DNA of 64,000 nucleotides from Plasmodiophora brassicae (Eukaryota): NCBI GenBank assembly GCA_036867785.1, contig CP145414.1, positions 1,116,001 to 1,180,000 of the forward strand, read 5' to 3'. Shown piece by piece: positions 11,648 to 23,918 of this stretch (position 1 is its first letter; each line of letters starts with the position of its first letter). The notes under the pieces were generated by a model. It saw only the letters and a program-made list of their open reading frames with translations, ran no database searches and was not told where the DNA came from. The position numbers and the translations under genes were made by a program.

Positions 11648-12055
11648 TATGCAAAAAAGCCAGGGTTACGCTTCATTGGATGAGCGGTAGTCCGCGAGCA
11701 CCAAGCAGACGCTGGTGGATGAAGCACGACGCATTGCGACTGACGATATTCGCCAGAAGGAAGCTATACAAACGTCATAGCAAGGTCCTATGTCGTTTAT
11801 CTATTTGTATGCTAGAACCGAGTCTAATAGTCCCGCGTCGAGAGGCGTACGTACACTGGCATCGCGCTTCCGTATAGCACGACTCGATCATGTTTCCTAG
11901 CAACGTCCAACGCTGAGTGTTGCCGACGGGGACGAACGCCAGGCCAAGCAGCCGACACAGCGGATCAATGGATGTCCTGTCGTCATCGATAGACCAAGGG
12001 GCGCAGGGCGGGACGGTCAATGGAAAGGTAGCTTCCGATGCGCGTTTCCTATGGG

Positions 12056-12734
12056 TTACCTTCTATATTGAAGTTGTTCGGGGCGGACGTCGCCCAACGA
12101 GTAGAACGTGGGATCGATTCGCACGCGGAGCGTGTGGCCGTCGATCTGGACGATAGGTTGTGCAAGGACGCGTCTGGCATCGACATCGCGTGCGAACGTG
12201 ACGGTGGCTTTGCCCAGGCTGCATCCGTTGTTCTCGAACAAATCAGTGTAGATGGTGGGGCCGCCCATCTCCTGCATGAACGCGTGCAGGCGCGCCTGGG
12301 GCGTTGCCCTGCCAATGCGGTCAACGTAGATCCGTTGCCCATGGCCGATGCACTGCGACAGGAAGCGCGTCTTCACGTAGCGACGCTCGGGATCCGTCCA
12401 CAGGTATATTCGCTGGCCGTTCTCCAACGGGAACCCGCGCGACTCCAACGACCGCCGCATGACCAGCTCGACCGACTCGAACCGGAAGTACTGCTCAGGA
12501 CGTGGGCATTCAGGACGGCAGGCGCAACGACACGCGCTCTCGCCGCCAACCTACCCTGACGTTCACCATAGGGCTACGCGCGCCTTCATCGTCGTAGTCG
12601 AATCGGACGTCGCGGACGGACCCGGCGAAGGACAGCAGGTCGACCAGGGCGTCCGCCTGCACACGAGCACCGACCGGGTACGCGATCACGTGTTTCGTCA
12701 GCAGCTGACGTACGGCCACGCGCTGTCCTGGCAT
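12056..12734 (-). CDS. RRM-fold RNA-binding protein (3' end uncertain)
   Basis: RIYVDRIG...SLGKATVTFARDVDARRVLAQPIVQIDGHTLRVRID follows the RNP2/RNP1 pattern; the upstream exon has a second degenerate RRM. Confidence 0.6.
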
Positions 12735-12850
12735 TCGAGCTGACGATCGCCGCGCCCGCCGCGCATGCGCGGCTCAGCCCGGATTACCACCTCAACGCCG
12801 CCGTTCGCGGGTGCCTATGTTCGTAGCAGGCGTCGCCGCGTGTTTATAGG

Positions 12851-13387
12851 TCAGCGCTGCTGGTCGCCGGCGCCGCGTTGCGCCAGGCACGTGAACGAAC
12901 GTACGTCGCCGTTGACGAGCGCATCGCGCCCGTTCTGGTTGACGCGGCCGCTGTCGTCGGCCGTCCCGTGGACGCGTTCGGCGAACGTCCTGCCGTCAGG
13001 CGTGTCCGCGTACCTCACCAACGGGCGCGACCGTCGCCGCCTGCACCCGTAGACGGCGCCGGCGGCCACGACGAAGACGAACGCGGCGGCGCCGAGCGAC
13101 ACGACGGCGATCCACGCGATCAGGTCGCCTGGCGGTCCGCTCGGCTCGGCGGTCGTCGCCGACCCTGCCGGTGCTTCCGGCTGCGCCGTCCGGGCGGCCC
13201 GTGCCCCTGTTGCATTCGGCGGCGCCGTCGCCGTGGCCGCATCGGGACCCGTTGCAGCGGGCAGCAGGAACTGGGGCGCGCCCGGAGCAGAGCGCCAGGG
13301 TTGAGTGGCCCGGGTTCCTCGCTGCTGGCGATCATCCGCTGCGGTCGACGCGACGGCCAGCAGAAGAACCAGGACCGGAGCCCGCAT
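12851..13387 (-). CDS. Small type-I membrane protein
   Basis: Signal peptide MRAPVLVLLLAVASTAA, A/P/T-rich stalk, TM IAWIAVVSLGAAAFVFVVAAGAVYG followed by CRRRR. Confidence 0.65.
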   Translation of the reverse strand: MRAPVLVLLLAVASTAADDRQQRGTRATQPWRSAPGAPQFLLPAATGPDAATATAPPNATGARAARTAQPEAPAGSATTAEPSGPPGDLIAWIAVVSLGAAAFVFVVAAGAVYGCRRRRSRPLVRYADTPDGRTFAERVHGTADDSGRVNQNGRDALVNGDVRSFTCLAQRGAGDQQR

Positions 13388-13418
13388 CGGACGATGCAAT
13401 GATGAGGGAATACACACT

Positions 13419-13438
13419 CGTCGTTGTTGTTGTTGTTG
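13419..13438. repeat. (GTT)n microsatellite
   Basis: gtcgttgttgttgttgttgt. Confidence 0.7.
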
Positions 13439-13483
13439 TAATATGACGTAAGTTATGCGCGTCGCAACGAAGCGTTCGGGGGG

Positions 13484-14641
13484 CTACCTGCACAGTCGGT
13501 CGGACTGGCCGTCCACCAGCATGGTGCCGACGACCTGCAGGCGTACGGCGCCCGGTGCGATCGGGGCAGGCGCCTGTGTCGCCACTAGCGCAGCAGGTGC
13601 GACCGCATCGTACAGCGAATCCGATGTCAGACGGCACGTCACCGTCTCGTCCATGTCGCCGTCCCCAGGGACGAGCGCAATGCCGGCCTCGAACGTTCTG
13701 CAAGGCCGCCCATCATCGAGCGCCTTGCTCAGGCAGATCTCAGCGCAGACGCCTGTCGCATAGTTCGCCAGCGTCAATGGCGACGTCAACCGGGACACGA
13801 CCGCGCTCGGGATCCTCCTAGAGCGCTGCTCGACGGCCGATGTCGCGCTTAGGCTGTCGACAACCGCAAAGTTCACGTACGACTCGTAGATGACGTCGTC
13901 GGGGACCTCGAGCGCCTCTCGCCGTTCATACAGCGGCGCTGTGACGCCTTCGCCTGCCATCGGGTCAAACGGCGACGGCGCCACCCAGCATCGACGATAC
14001 GAGAACAGCATGCAGGTCGAGGAGGGCGACAGCGAAAACGCCCGACATGGCACCATTCGACTGCATCGCCGCATACAGTCTTGCAGCGACGTTCCGGGCG
14101 CGTTGCCATTGCTGTCGAGGTCGACAACGGGGTCGGATAGCTGCTGGAGCCGGGTGAAGAGGTGCCAGACCGCCCGGTCGACCTCGTCGTATACAACGTC
14201 TCCGTCGGAGAGCGACCGCTGTGTGCTCCCCGCCGGCGACAGCTGCGCTGGCGAGGCCATCAGATCGGTTATCGTCGCAACAACGATCTCCACTTCGACG
14301 TCCTCGTCACCGGCATCAGCTGGCTCCATGACGGCCGGCTCGTAACTCGGTCCCTGCGCTGGTGCCGGCGAGGGAACGTCCCGAGCGTCGGTAACCATAG
14401 CAGCAGGCGCTGGAGGAAGCGTCGTTCGGGGGCTACCAGTGTTGGCACTGTCGGGCCCGTCTCTGGTGGCGTTATAGGCCGGTTCGGTGTTGTTATACCG
14501 CCTGGTATAGGGCGGCGCTGGCCCTTCGACAGGGTTCTGATGGCGGATGTCCGTCAGGACCAGCAGAATAATGGCGACGAACGCCATGGCCAACAGGCAG
14601 GCCAGAGCGATGACGGCGGCGCACGCTACCGACCGCGCCAT
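13484..14641 (-). CDS. Membrane-anchored protein with two PAN/apple-like domains
   Basis: N-terminal hydrophobic anchor; SLQDCMRRCSRMVPCRAFS...TCMLFS and VCAEICLS...PCRTFE...TCRLTS cysteine patterns. Confidence 0.6.
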   Translation of the reverse strand: MARSVACAAVIALACLLAMAFVAIILLVLTDIRHQNPVEGPAPPYTRRYNNTEPAYNATRDGPDSANTGSPRTTLPPAPAAMVTDARDVPSPAPAQGPSYEPAVMEPADAGDEDVEVEIVVATITDLMASPAQLSPAGSTQRSLSDGDVVYDEVDRAVWHLFTRLQQLSDPVVDLDSNGNAPGTSLQDCMRRCSRMVPCRAFSLSPSSTCMLFSYRRCWVAPSPFDPMAGEGVTAPLYERREALEVPDDVIYESYVNFAVVDSLSATSAVEQRSRRIPSAVVSRLTSPLTLANYATGVCAEICLSKALDDGRPCRTFEAGIALVPGDGDMDETVTCRLTSDSLYDAVAPAALVATQAPAPIAPGAVRLQVVGTMLVDGQSDRLCR

Positions 14642-14860
14642 CGTCAGCCAAACCCGCAATTCAACGAGCACAGATATCGCAATGCGGCTGTTTCACGTCG
14701 CAGGAACATTGGCACAGTCGTGCAACGGGCGTGAATCACGCTGGGCGACGTGATTCATGGACGGTGTGAGGTGCCAACGGGGAGGTCGCGCGCCCGCGAT
14801 CCTCCTGGACGACGTGTCGCAGACGGTGCCAGTGGCGACGTGCCCGCCAGGTCAGCAACG

Positions 14861-16157
14861 ATGGCCGACTCCAGGCCGGAACGTGAAGGCGATGCTCTGT
14901 TGGTCGGGCAGGAGCCAGTTGAGCCTAAAGCCGTCGACCTTGACGGGTACGTCCCACGTCGCTTGCCGCACCTGGACGCTCGACGCATTGCCCCTGTCGC
15001 AGAGGTGTGGACGGCATCGAGTACTTTTCGGTGCGGTACTCGCCTGATGGCAAGCTGGTCGCTTGCGGGTGCGGCGATGGCGTCATCCGAGTACCTGGAC
15101 GATGCCATGTACCTGTGTCCATCGTCGCTGACGAGCGGGCAGGTGTTCAACCGGGTTAGTGGAAAGGTCGCCTACAAGCTGAACGTCGGCGCCAGCAGCG
15201 AACTTCCCATTACCTGCGTCCGGTTCCGTCCACAACCGGCGTCGTCCAGCGCCCAGAACATTGTCGTGGCCGCGTGTATCGCTTGCCTCCCTACCACGTT
15301 CGTCCTGACGCTGACGATCTTGCTGCAGGTGCTGATGGCAGCCTTCAGCATTTCCATGCCAGCACGCAGCAGCGTTTACATCGTATCGATGAGCCCGGCA
15401 ACGAGATCTATGCGGTCAGCGGGGAGGGGCCCACCACCCTTGGGCAAGGTCGAGAGGTTGACCCCGTTGTGCAGATTGATTTTACGACATCGGGCGACCT
15501 GTTGGCGTCCGCTGGGCACGACGGCAAGGTGCGCCTGTACGACGAGACGAACAAGGCGCTGATCAGCGTGATGGGGTCGGGTCCGTTCCAGAACCAGACA
15601 ACGGGTCACGCCAGTCGCGTGTTCTCGGTCCGGTTCATGCCCTACAGCAAGAACGTGCTGGTCAGCGGCGGCTGGGACAACACGATCCAGATCTGGGATG
15701 TTCGCACCGGCCGGGCGGAACGATACGTCTTCGGGCCGCATATCGCTGGCGATGCGCTTGACGTGACATCGACTGGTCGCATCCTGACCGGGTCGTGGCG
15801 TACCGAGGATCAGCTCCAGCTATGGGATTTGTCGTCAGGTGTGCGCCCTGCCCCTTCAGCCGATGGTCTCCCCGTCTGATGGATGTCGTAGGGAAGATGA
15901 TCTGCGACATCGCATGGCGTAACGCGCCGATGGTGTACGCGGTGGCGTTCAGCGCTAACGGGACGAGCTTCGTCGCGGGTGGCACCTCGCCCAACTCGGC
16001 CGCCGTGTTCGACCTGGTCGGCAACGGGTACACCTGTCGCACAACGTCGATGCTGCCGGCGCTGGGCGGCGTGTACTCAGCGGCGATCAACCCCTCGGGG
16101 CAACGCGTGCTATTCGCTGGTGCAGGGCGGCACGTTCGCGAACTGACGCTGGCGTAG
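14861..16157 (+). CDS. WD40-repeat protein (multi-exon)
   Basis: LASAGHDGKVRLYD, GHASRVFSVRF...VSGGWDNTIQIWD, LTGSWRTEDQLQLWD. Confidence 0.88.
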
Positions 16158-16259
16158 AGCGGCCAGCGAAAATGGTGTATTCCCTGTGTCTGTGCTGTTT
16201 CGAATATAATGGCTGGTCAATGTGGCGCGTTGCCGCTGCTGCTGCCGCTCGTCGTACGG

Positions 16260-16919
16260 CTAGGCGGCCTGGCCGTCCTCCTCTGGGTAGGCCATGGGCG
16301 GCGGCTCGTACATCATCGCCGGCGGATAGTTGTTGCCTGGGACGCACATGACCGGCTGGTACCTGCAGAGCCGCGGCAATCAGGCCCGCGAACGAACGTT
16401 CATCAGCGAGGAAGCCGTGCGGCGCGCCCTACCCGTACTCGGCAGGGTACCCGTAGGGTGGCTGGCCGTAGACGACGTAGAACGCGGGCTTGTAGTATCG
16501 CGCTAGAGACAGATGAATCAGAAGACGGGTACAGGGCGCGCGTTGGGCGACGATCCGACAGTTGGGATGGCGTTTCTTGGCTCCTTGGGCGGCCATGACG
16601 CAGTTGGTTCTACGACCATCGATGACGGGATTGGGTTCGCCAGTGGCTTTCTCGGCTGCCGCCGAGTCCTGATATGTGACCTGTCGCGAGGCGCTCGGTC
16701 TGGGGTGCAACACTGGCGCTGGCGAGCGCTTACGAATCCGTATCCCTTGGAGCGCCCGTTGAACCGATTGACAATGACGACGGCCTCGACGATCTCGCCG
16801 AACTGTTCGAAGTACCGTTCCAGGGTAACGGAGGTGGTCTCCCATGCCAGGCCGCCCACGAACACCTTCGTCTTGGTCGTGTCCGGTTCGCTAACAGGGT
16901 CCTGCTTCGCCATCCCCAT
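16260..16919 (-). CDS. Single-RRM RNA-binding protein (RBM24/38-like) with Y/P-rich tail
   Basis: DTTKTKVFVGGLAWET...GRSKGYGFVTY...NPVIDGRRTNC. Confidence 0.88.
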
Positions 16920-17096
16920 CCCAACGCCAACCACCAGCGACAGTCACGAATTCGGTCTGCAAGATTCATCGGCCGATCCCTACTCCGCCTCCGTTAGGAT
17001 GGCCGTGCACCACCAACAGGACAGGACGGTCCCGATCGCGATCATGCATGAATCTACCGTACGGGCCGTCCAGGCGTGTCCTTCTCTGTACACAGT

Positions 17097-18440
17097 TTAG
17101 AAAGGATGGGATAGCAGCTGCTCCCGGCGCCGGTCGTCTTCGGGTGTGTCACCCGTTATGATCAGCTCGCCGAGGAAATCGTCAGGCGATGCGACAGGGA
17201 CGGGTTTGCCGAGCTTGTGAAGGGAGGGGCCCAGGGCAACAATCTCACCGCTGCCGAGCACGCGGTCACCATCGTAGAAGACGGCGTACTGCCCAGGAGT
17301 GACAGCACGGTGCAGGTCGATCATCTCGACAGTGAAACCCATCAGGTCCTCCTTGACGCGACATCGACCAAGCGCCGAACGGTATCGGATCGACAGAAGG
17401 CACTCCAGGCCCTGTTTCGACGACGCTTTGTGCTTGGCGCTCATGGCGATCCAGTTCGGCTTCTCAATGGTGAACGACTCCCGGTACAGGTCGGGATGGT
17501 TGCGGCCAGGGACCACGCGCACGTCCTTGCCTCGTTTGAAGCTGACGTACACCGCCTCGGGCAAACCGCCAATTCGAGCGCGCTGCCCGATCGTGAGGAA
17601 CATCTGTCCATCATGGTACGGGACGTCCAGGGGCTGATCGTCCACGTCCAGGAAGCGGCCCGGATCCGGTTTCACGTACTGTCGTATGAACTTGGAGAAG
17701 TCGCGCTCGCCGACGAAGCAGAGACCGGTCGACGACGGCTTCGTTGCGTTCGGCAACCCTTCCTCTTGGGCAATGCGCCGCACCTCAGCCTTGGTCATGT
17801 CCCCCACTGGGAACAGAACGCGTTCGAAACAGCACTTCGGGACCTGTGCCAGGAAGTACGTCTGCGGGCGATCCAGTCAGCACCCTGGAAGAAATGGGCA
17901 TTGACGTTGCGCGCGATCTGTACCTGGTCGATGTTATGGTCAGCACCTCTCAGTAGGTGGCCGTGCTTGAACTTGGCGTAATGACCGGTAGCAAGCAGGT
18001 CGCATTTCTGCACGTCGAGACAGTGTCTGAGGAAGAGCGAGAACTTGATGTGAAAGTTGCACAGGACATCGGGGTTGGGCGTCTTGCCGATTCGCAGGCC
18101 GTTGAGAAAGTCCTCGAAGACCAACTGCCAGAACTCGCGGTCGAACGATATCTGACGGAACTCGATCTTGAGCTTATCGCATACGGCGCGAGCTATGTCC
18201 TCGTCACGCCTGCCCTCGCATGGGTTAATTCCCTCCTCCTCGTGCGACCAGTTCGTCATGTGAATGGCAACAACGTCATGGCCTTTGCGTTTCAGCAGCA
18301 CGGCCGCCACCGCCGAATCCACTAACGGCCAATCGTCTCAGCAACGACGACGTGCCGCGCACCTGGATACTCTTACCTCCGCCCGACATTGCGACTGCAA
18401 CAGTGGCCCGGCGAACGCACCGGCGGAGAAGAAGCGCCAT
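17097..18440 (-). CDS. mnmA: Mitochondrial tRNA-specific 2-thiouridylase MnmA/TRMU
   Basis: VAMSGGVDSAVAA, TPNPDVLCNFHIKF, LATGHYA, STGLCFVG and AVTPGQYAVFY; Arg-rich N-terminal presequence. Confidence 0.93.
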
Positions 18441-18612
18441 CGCGCGGCAAACGGTTAGCAGCTCTCGAGTCGGCGCCTGCGCAGTCGGCCAGCCAGTGCA
18501 GCTCCACAACGCGCCATCTCGAGTCGGATGCCAATTTTGCTTTCAGAAGCGTATTTTTTTTTGGGGCAGCCGTGTCCGAGTCAGACGCAAATCGGGGCGG
18601 TTGGGTTTGGAC

Positions 18613-20729
18613 ATGACTGTCAAAGGTCAGCGCGTTGCCGGCTCCTGTGCCACGACCTGCTGACGTGGTTGTCGGGGGTTTGAAGTTACGGTTAAGTGGC
18701 AGAACGAGACGTTCGAGGGTGTCGAGGTCGATGCATCCTCCCCGCTCGATCTGCTCCATGCGCAGCTGTTCGCGCTGACGAATGTCCCCGTCGAGCGCCA
18801 GAAGGTCATGTGCAAGGGGAAGATTCTTAAAGTACACAGTCGGGATCCTGACGTTGCAGCTCATTTATTCACTGTGCGTGCCTCGTACAGGGAAACGATG
18901 ACCTAGCGAAAATCAAAGACGGGGCTCGACTTGTCCTCATGGGCACGGCCGATGAGATCGTGGCGGCGCCCACGACCGCCATTGTCTTTGAGGAGGATTT
19001 GACAGATTCGCAAAAGGCCAATCTCGGAACGGTATACACATGTTCGCTGTCGAACACCGCTATCATAACCGATCCATTGGGCAGGTTGATGTTCCGTGTG
19101 GACTGCGTAATTTGGGCAACACTTGCTATTTAAATTCAGCGATCGAATGTTTCAGGGCAATCCCTGAGCTCAAGGTGTGCAAGGACGTCATTGTCGCTAG
19201 GAATACGGCTAAGGTTGCTTTGCTCTGCACAGAAAAATATCATCGCGTATGGCGCTGGAGGTCCTACAGCGCGATTCGACGTCGCCGCCAACAGCCCCCA
19301 TCCCGTCGTGTCATCGATGGGTCAAATGATGATGTCTTTGGATAACAATGTCGAAGCTGTAACGCCGATGCAATTCCTTACGGTCCGTTCTGTAATACGC
19401 GAGTATATTCGGGATTGCCCTCACGTTCGGTGCCCAGAGGTTTCGCGAAGCGTTCCCCCAGTTTGCCCAGCGCTCGCAAAGCGGCCAAGGGTACGCGCAG
19501 CAAGACGCTGACGAATCCCTGTCTCAGATTCTCTACTTGCTGCGCGAGGTATCCACCACCGAGGCTTGACAGTTGGCTTGCGTCTAAACGCGCCCTGCGC
19601 CCAGACCATGAAGAAGTTCCCAAACGAACAAGGCGTGACGGGATACAGTGGTGTAAACGGCCTGTTCCTGGGCGAGATGCAGTCGACCATTACTTTGGGC
19701 GAAAGTTCGTCTTCCGACTCCAAGGAAGAACCTGAGATCAAGTTCCACGAGTTCACTAAGGTCCGCTGTCGACGGTGTGGGTGTGTGTCGCGTGGCTGCC
19801 TCGTCTTACTCTGGTCACAGCTGGCGTGCCATATCTCGAATGACACGAACCACCTTACTGATGGCCTGCTTGCGGGTTTGAGCGAGCCAATTGAAAAATA
19901 TTCCACGCTGCTTGGTCGTAACGCGATATTCAACAAGGTCGACCGTATCTCGAAGCTGCCGCCGTATCTCATCGTTCAGTTTGTCCGGTTCTTCTGGTAG
20001 GGTACTTACTCAGCGTTGGCTTTCGAAATGCTTAGAGGCGCTGTGAAATAGGAAGAAAGACACGCAGAAGAAGGCGAAGATTCTGAGGGTCAGTAAACCC
20101 GTCGCTTTGTTCTGTCCTCCGCAGCGTTCTCATGTTTGGCGGTGTTCCAGAAAGTTGTATTCCCGCTCCGCCTTGACGTCCTCCCGTATTGTACCCCAGA
20201 ACTGCAAAAGCAACTAATCGCCCACCGGGATGAAGCTGATAAGAAAGCAGACGAAGAAAAGCAGGCTCGAGAGCAGCAAATGGCCGATAACCCAGGTACG
20301 CGTCACGCATCACAGGATTCTCCTGTCGCTTGCTCACGGCCGTTCAGATCAGAAGGTCGTCGTTGCCGAACGCGTTCCGAATCCGCTTACCGACAAAGCA
20401 TCTGGCATGTACGAGCTATTCGCGCTGATTACCCACAAGGTCAGCGTGGTGCCTGTTCGTCTTGTCTGGGGTACTCATCCTGGGAAGTAGGGGCGGGCGG
20501 CTGATGCCGGGCATTACATTGGATGGGCACGCTCGAAAAATAAGGGCGAATGGTATCAGTACGATGATGATGTCGTGACCAAGCAGACGGATGACGATAT
20601 TCAGAAGCTGTGAGGGCGCATCGTAGGTGCTATCCTACGTCGGACTGATGCCTACGGAATAGGTTTGGTGGTGGCGATTGGCACATGGCCTATGTCTGTT
20701 TCTTCCGGGCGATACCTTGGAGGACGTGA
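18613..20729 (+). CDS. USP14: Ubiquitin C-terminal hydrolase 14/UBP6 (multi-exon)
   Basis: N-terminal UBL (VPVERQKVM, LMGTA); Cys box GLRNLGNTCYLNS; VQFVRFFW; His box THKGRAADAGHY; C-terminal GGGDWHMAY. Confidence 0.92.
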
Positions 20730-20774
20730 TCGGCCACGTATCCGGCCGGCGAGACGCGACTCTTCGAACTGCCT

Positions 20775-21761
20775 TTATATACACGAAACACTCGACACGT
20801 CGCACGTAATGGGTCGCCGTTCCAGAATCCTTGCTAGCCTGCCATCCGCGAATGCAGATAGGACGTTGAACGACGAATGCTCCCATGCGGATCGCTCACA
20901 GAGCACGGCCTGCTGCGTGATCGGGTTGACAGCGTCCTTGAATTGTTTGACCTTGACGAAGAACGATCCATACGCCTGATGCGCTGGCAGCGGCAGCAAC
21001 ATTCGTTCAGCAAGCCACTCTAGCTTCGTGCCCGTATTCTGTCTAGCGACCTGCGTCGCATCCGAATAGGCACAACGTTGCTGGTAGACCGCGTCGGCAA
21101 CGCCATTGACACCACAGTCGTACGCACGCCACAGAATCACGGAAAGCGATTCGTCGAGCGTCTCGAACACGCCGACGCGACAATCGAATATGGGCACGAT
21201 CTCGTCGAGCGCTTCGGAGTGGTCCAGTCCGCGTTTGCGTCTTAATCGTTCCAGGCCCTTCGCCATGGTCACCGCCGCCAGCGACGACGCCGTTGAGCAC
21301 AACTTCATAATACGCCCGTTGAAGACATGTGGCGATTGTCGATCGTTGATGACGCGCCCGGGTGATACCACGATCGTCATCTCGTCGCTCTGCGTGTAGG
21401 CGAACGCCGCCGAATACTCCCGACACAACGTCTCGCAGCATCGGCGCATCAGGTCGGCGATTTCGCTCGAGTACGACGATGTCGCGATCAGGGACGCCTG
21501 GTCGCACCGCCTGACGAACCGTTTGAACCCGCATCCGTCCAGGCGCAGCGTCAGCCAGTACTGGCCGGGCACGCGCAGCCGGTCGACGACCATCTCCTCG
21601 CGTTGCCGGATGACGGCCTTGGCCTCGTTCCAGCGGGCCTTGCCCAGGAACGGGGATGCGTCGTGCAGGTCGGGCGTGACGCGAGCAGAGAACGTGGCCT
21701 TTGGCGCGCGTGCGAGCTCGCGAAGCAGGGCGCTGAGCACCGCCCGCCCAGGCAATTCCAT
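20775..21761 (-). CDS. Thg1-like protein (TLP; tRNAHis guanylyltransferase family 3'-5' polymerase), intronless
   Basis: LRLDGCGF, YTQSDEMT, FNGRIMKLCS, FDCRV, WRAYDC and YGSFF motifs; lacks HINNLYN. Confidence 0.88.
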   Translation of the reverse strand: MELPGRAVLSALLRELARAPKATFSARVTPDLHDASPFLGKARWNEAKAVIRQREEMVVDRLRVPGQYWLTLRLDGCGFKRFVRRCDQASLIATSSYSSEIADLMRRCCETLCREYSAAFAYTQSDEMTIVVSPGRVINDRQSPHVFNGRIMKLCSTASSLAAVTMAKGLERLRRKRGLDHSEALDEIVPIFDCRVGVFETLDESLSVILWRAYDCGVNGVADAVYQQRCAYSDATQVARQNTGTKLEWLAERMLLPLPAHQAYGSFFVKVKQFKDAVNPITQQAVLCERSAWEHSSFNVLSAFADGRLARILERRPITCDVSSVSCI

Positions 21762-21920
21762 CGCTTGTCGATCAAGCGATCAGCGGAACCGGCCCCTATT
21801 TCTAGACTTGCAGGGCGGCGCGAGGATCAACATTGGGTTGGGGGACACTGGTAAGAGCATGTGTATTGGCCTGGATCTAGCTGTGCACGATGCGCTCCTG
21901 CGCATCGTGCACTGGAGTGC

Positions 21921-23301
<1,381 letters not shown>

Positions 23302-23596
23302 GTCGCACAACGACGACCAAATGGACAATGAGGGGCGTCGACCGGTCCGGGCCGTGCATGGCCCCCACAGAGTAGGTTACTCCGGAGCGGCGCGCGAGTG
23401 CCGCTCCGGAGTTGCCGGCACGAGCAGTGCGCCGCCAGCGCCTATACGTCCTACCAGTGCCAATCCGTGTCGGACTTTTAGGCCGTCTTCCGGCGCCCGC
23501 GCGTCATCCTCAGTTCGCCACCCAGTCATCTGGGTGGAGGCGCCGTCTGCCAGTGATCTGACCTGACAACGGGCCCACGTGTGTTGCGACGAGGCC

Positions 23597-23603
23597 AAAA
23601 AAA
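23597..23603 (-). terminator. Pol III oligo-T terminator of the 5S gene
   Basis: A7 on the plus strand directly after the 5S 3' end. Confidence 0.75.
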
Positions 23604-23723
23604 GGTTACATCACCATGCGGTTCCCCGGTGGTCCCCCTCCCGAGTACTGAACAGGCCAAACACCATTTGGCTTCGCAATTCGGAATGAGATACGGCACA
23701 TTCGGTGTTGTATGAACGTAACC
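23602..23723 (-). rRNA. 5S: 5S ribosomal RNA gene (single dispersed copy)
   Basis: Minus strand GGTTACGTTCATACAAC...CCGTATCTCATTCCGAATTGCGAAGCCAA...GCCTGTTCAGTACTCGGGAGGGGGACCACCGGGGAACC...GATGTAACC; ~120 nt with GGTTAC/GTAACC terminal stem, immediately followed by a T7 run. Confidence 0.9.
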
Positions 23724-23918
23724 GGAAACCAGGTTCCGAAGGGCGTATCTGGAGCGGGCGCCTCGGCAGTGCACGACGGAAGGATATCAGTGTTCGTCTC
23801 ACAGGTGCAGTTCGTCGTCATTTTGTCGCGTTTCGATGGGTCGCGATGCAGTGACCGTCTCGGCGTCGCGCGTCATCGTCGGACGTCTCCTCTCTGGGTG
23901 GGCCGCAGGTGAACCCGG

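Larger units (their letters stand above)
7835..11665 (+). mobile_element. Full-length piggyBac-like DNA transposon (3831 bp)
   Basis: TIR CCCTGGCTTTTTT (7835-7847) and AAAAAAGCCAGGG (11653-11665); identical 4-bp flank TTAC at 7831-7834 and 11666-11669; AT-richer ends with repeated TTTTATCCC(A)/TGGGATAA(AA); internal DDD transposase. Confidence 0.92.
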
